A stretch of 7,029 nucleotides of DNA, taken from Fonticula alba ATCC 38817. Lineage: Eukaryota; Protista; Nucleariida. Location of the stretch: the NCBI GenBank assembly GCA_000388065.2, contig KB932211.1; one strand, given 5' to 3'. Numbering within the stretch: position 1 is the first letter of the stretch; each line of letters starts with the position of its first letter. The translations under genes and the position numbers were made by a program. Below, one piece after another: positions 6,339-7,029 of the stretch. Below the pieces are notes generated by a model. It made no database searches, had not been told where the DNA came from, and saw nothing but the letters and a program-made list of their open reading frames with translations.

Positions 6339-6969
6339 GCGACAATAGCAACAATGAAACTAGAAAGACCCAGACACATACCATCTCGGCCACCTCGCGC
6401 GCGTACGGCTGGAAACGGAAGGAGGACAGCGGAACAAAGCGCCACTCCCGGGCCGCCGGCGTGGCCAGCGGGTCCGGAGAGGACGACGCTCGCAAGCAGG
6501 ATGCCCGATGCCCGACAACCAGCGGGTCGGGGCAGCAGCCGGTCCCCCAGGCAGCCGGCTCGGTTTGGAGCTCCTGCTGGCGGAAGCGATGCAGCGCCGG
6601 GGACAGGGCCATGGCGGACCGCGCGCGCAGGAGATTCCCCCGGGCGATGGCGCCCAGGCGCTGGTCCAGGTCGGCCGGCTCGCTACTTGAGGCAGACCCC
6701 TGGGGCATGGGGGCCCCGGCCTCCGGGTCCTCGGGCCGGGGGAAGCCGCCGTAAAAGTGCATCGGCGCCCCCGGCAGCGGGGTGGTCAGGAGGGACCCGC
6801 GCGCGGCGCGTGCCTCCGCCATGGCCCGCGGAGAGGGCCGCGCGAAGGCCGGCAGCTCCGCGCCATACAGCAATCCCGCGCTGTAGGTGTCGTACCCGGC
6901 CGGCGAGGGGGTATCCGGGAAGACTGTGGGCTTTGGCGCCTGCCCCGGGCGCGAGGACTGGCCAGACAT
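4825..6969 (-). CDS. THEM4/THEM5-like hotdog-fold (PaaI/4HBT superfamily) acyl-CoA thioesterase with long N- and C-terminal extensions and C-terminal -ARL: complement(join(4825..5154,5369..5553,5736..6060,6382..6969))
   Basis: Splicing rebuilds EGPTGCVHG|GAIALLHDATCG...VTARLSIDYRRSVPLEHTVVISARIIRKVGNKLFIESR|F...YSVATALFVS. This is close to recalled human THEM4 [21 protein letters not shown]...[37 protein letters not shown]...YSEATSLFIK. The HGG, Asp and Thr active-site residues are present. 1428 nt = 475 aa + TAG. The start is uncertain: ATG 6969 is the first ATG, but the frame is open to the window edge. Orthology to THEM4 is not established, so no symbol is given. Confidence 0.85.
5369..5553 (-). 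CDS. Thioesterase exon 3 (catalytic core)
   Basis: Acceptor ccCAG at 5554 (phase 1) completes the HGG motif; GAIALLHDATCG...KLFIESR; donor GTCCGT at 5368, phase 0. Intron 5155..5368 (214 nt). Confidence 0.9.
5736..6060 (-). CDS. Thioesterase exon 2
   Basis: Acceptor caCAG at 6061 (phase 0), CTGAC 65 nt upstream; ends CEGPTGCVH-G; donor GTGCGT at 5735, phase 1. Intron 5554..5735 (182 nt). Confidence 0.85.
6205..6354 (+). repeat. Compound trinucleotide repeat (CAG/CAA/CGG) inside thioesterase intron 1
   Basis: 47 consecutive CRR triplets at 6205-6345: (CAG)6, (CAA)n blocks, six CAACAACGG units, and an exact tandem 27-mer duplication (6220-6246 = 6247-6273). Confidence 0.97.
6382..6969 (-). 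CDS. Thioesterase exon 1 (N-terminal extension; 5' boundary uncertain)
   Basis: Stop-free MSGQSSRP...AREVAEM; donor GTATGT at 6381, phase 0. No homology recognised. The C-rich sequence upstream of a CAG at 6960-6958 could instead be an intron end. Confidence 0.62.
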
Positions 6970-7029
6970 GGGCGAGGGGAGGGGGAGCGGGAGGCGTGGC
7001 CGCGTGCGGGACGTGCGCAAGACCGGGGG

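Noticed and set aside
5605-6754. + strand polyQ (5605..6348) and polyN/S (6176..6754) ORFs
   Set aside because: Both are translations of the intronic triplet repeat plus antisense shadow of the thioesterase exons, with no independent gene signals.
6970-7029. TTG start at 7020 / N-terminal RTSRTRPRLPLPLPSP
   Set aside because: Non-ATG starts are not expected here. This C-rich, AG-free stretch is either 5' UTR or an intron 3' end (possible acceptor CAG 6960-6958), which cannot be resolved within the window.

Overview
GC-rich, intron-rich eukaryotic DNA, probably from a protist, using the standard genetic code; the species cannot be determined from the window. It holds two convergent (tail-to-tail) spliced genes. 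(1) Plus strand: 5'-truncated exportin-4 (XPO4), join(<1..421,552..718,873..1105,1300..1975,2338..2677,2950..3379,3492..3726,3871..4129,4251..4463), about 990 aa visible. (2) Minus strand: THEM4/THEM5-like hotdog-fold acyl-CoA thioesterase, complement(join(4825..5154,5369..5553,5736..6060,6382..6969)), about 475 aa, 5' end uncertain, ending in a PTS1-type tripeptide (-ARL). All 11 introns were placed by hand using GT..CAG boundaries, phase matching and recalled protein similarity. The main points of interest are the PTS1-tagged THEM4-like enzyme and the splicing signals: a pyrimidine at +4 in 11/11 donors, distant branch-point candidates, a recurrent ATGG upstream of them, and sense-strand C-runs. 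Also notable are two stop-free 3n introns (one encoding poly-Leu), a 16-nt intronic minisatellite, and a G33 tract between the genes. All protein similarities are from memory, not from a database search.
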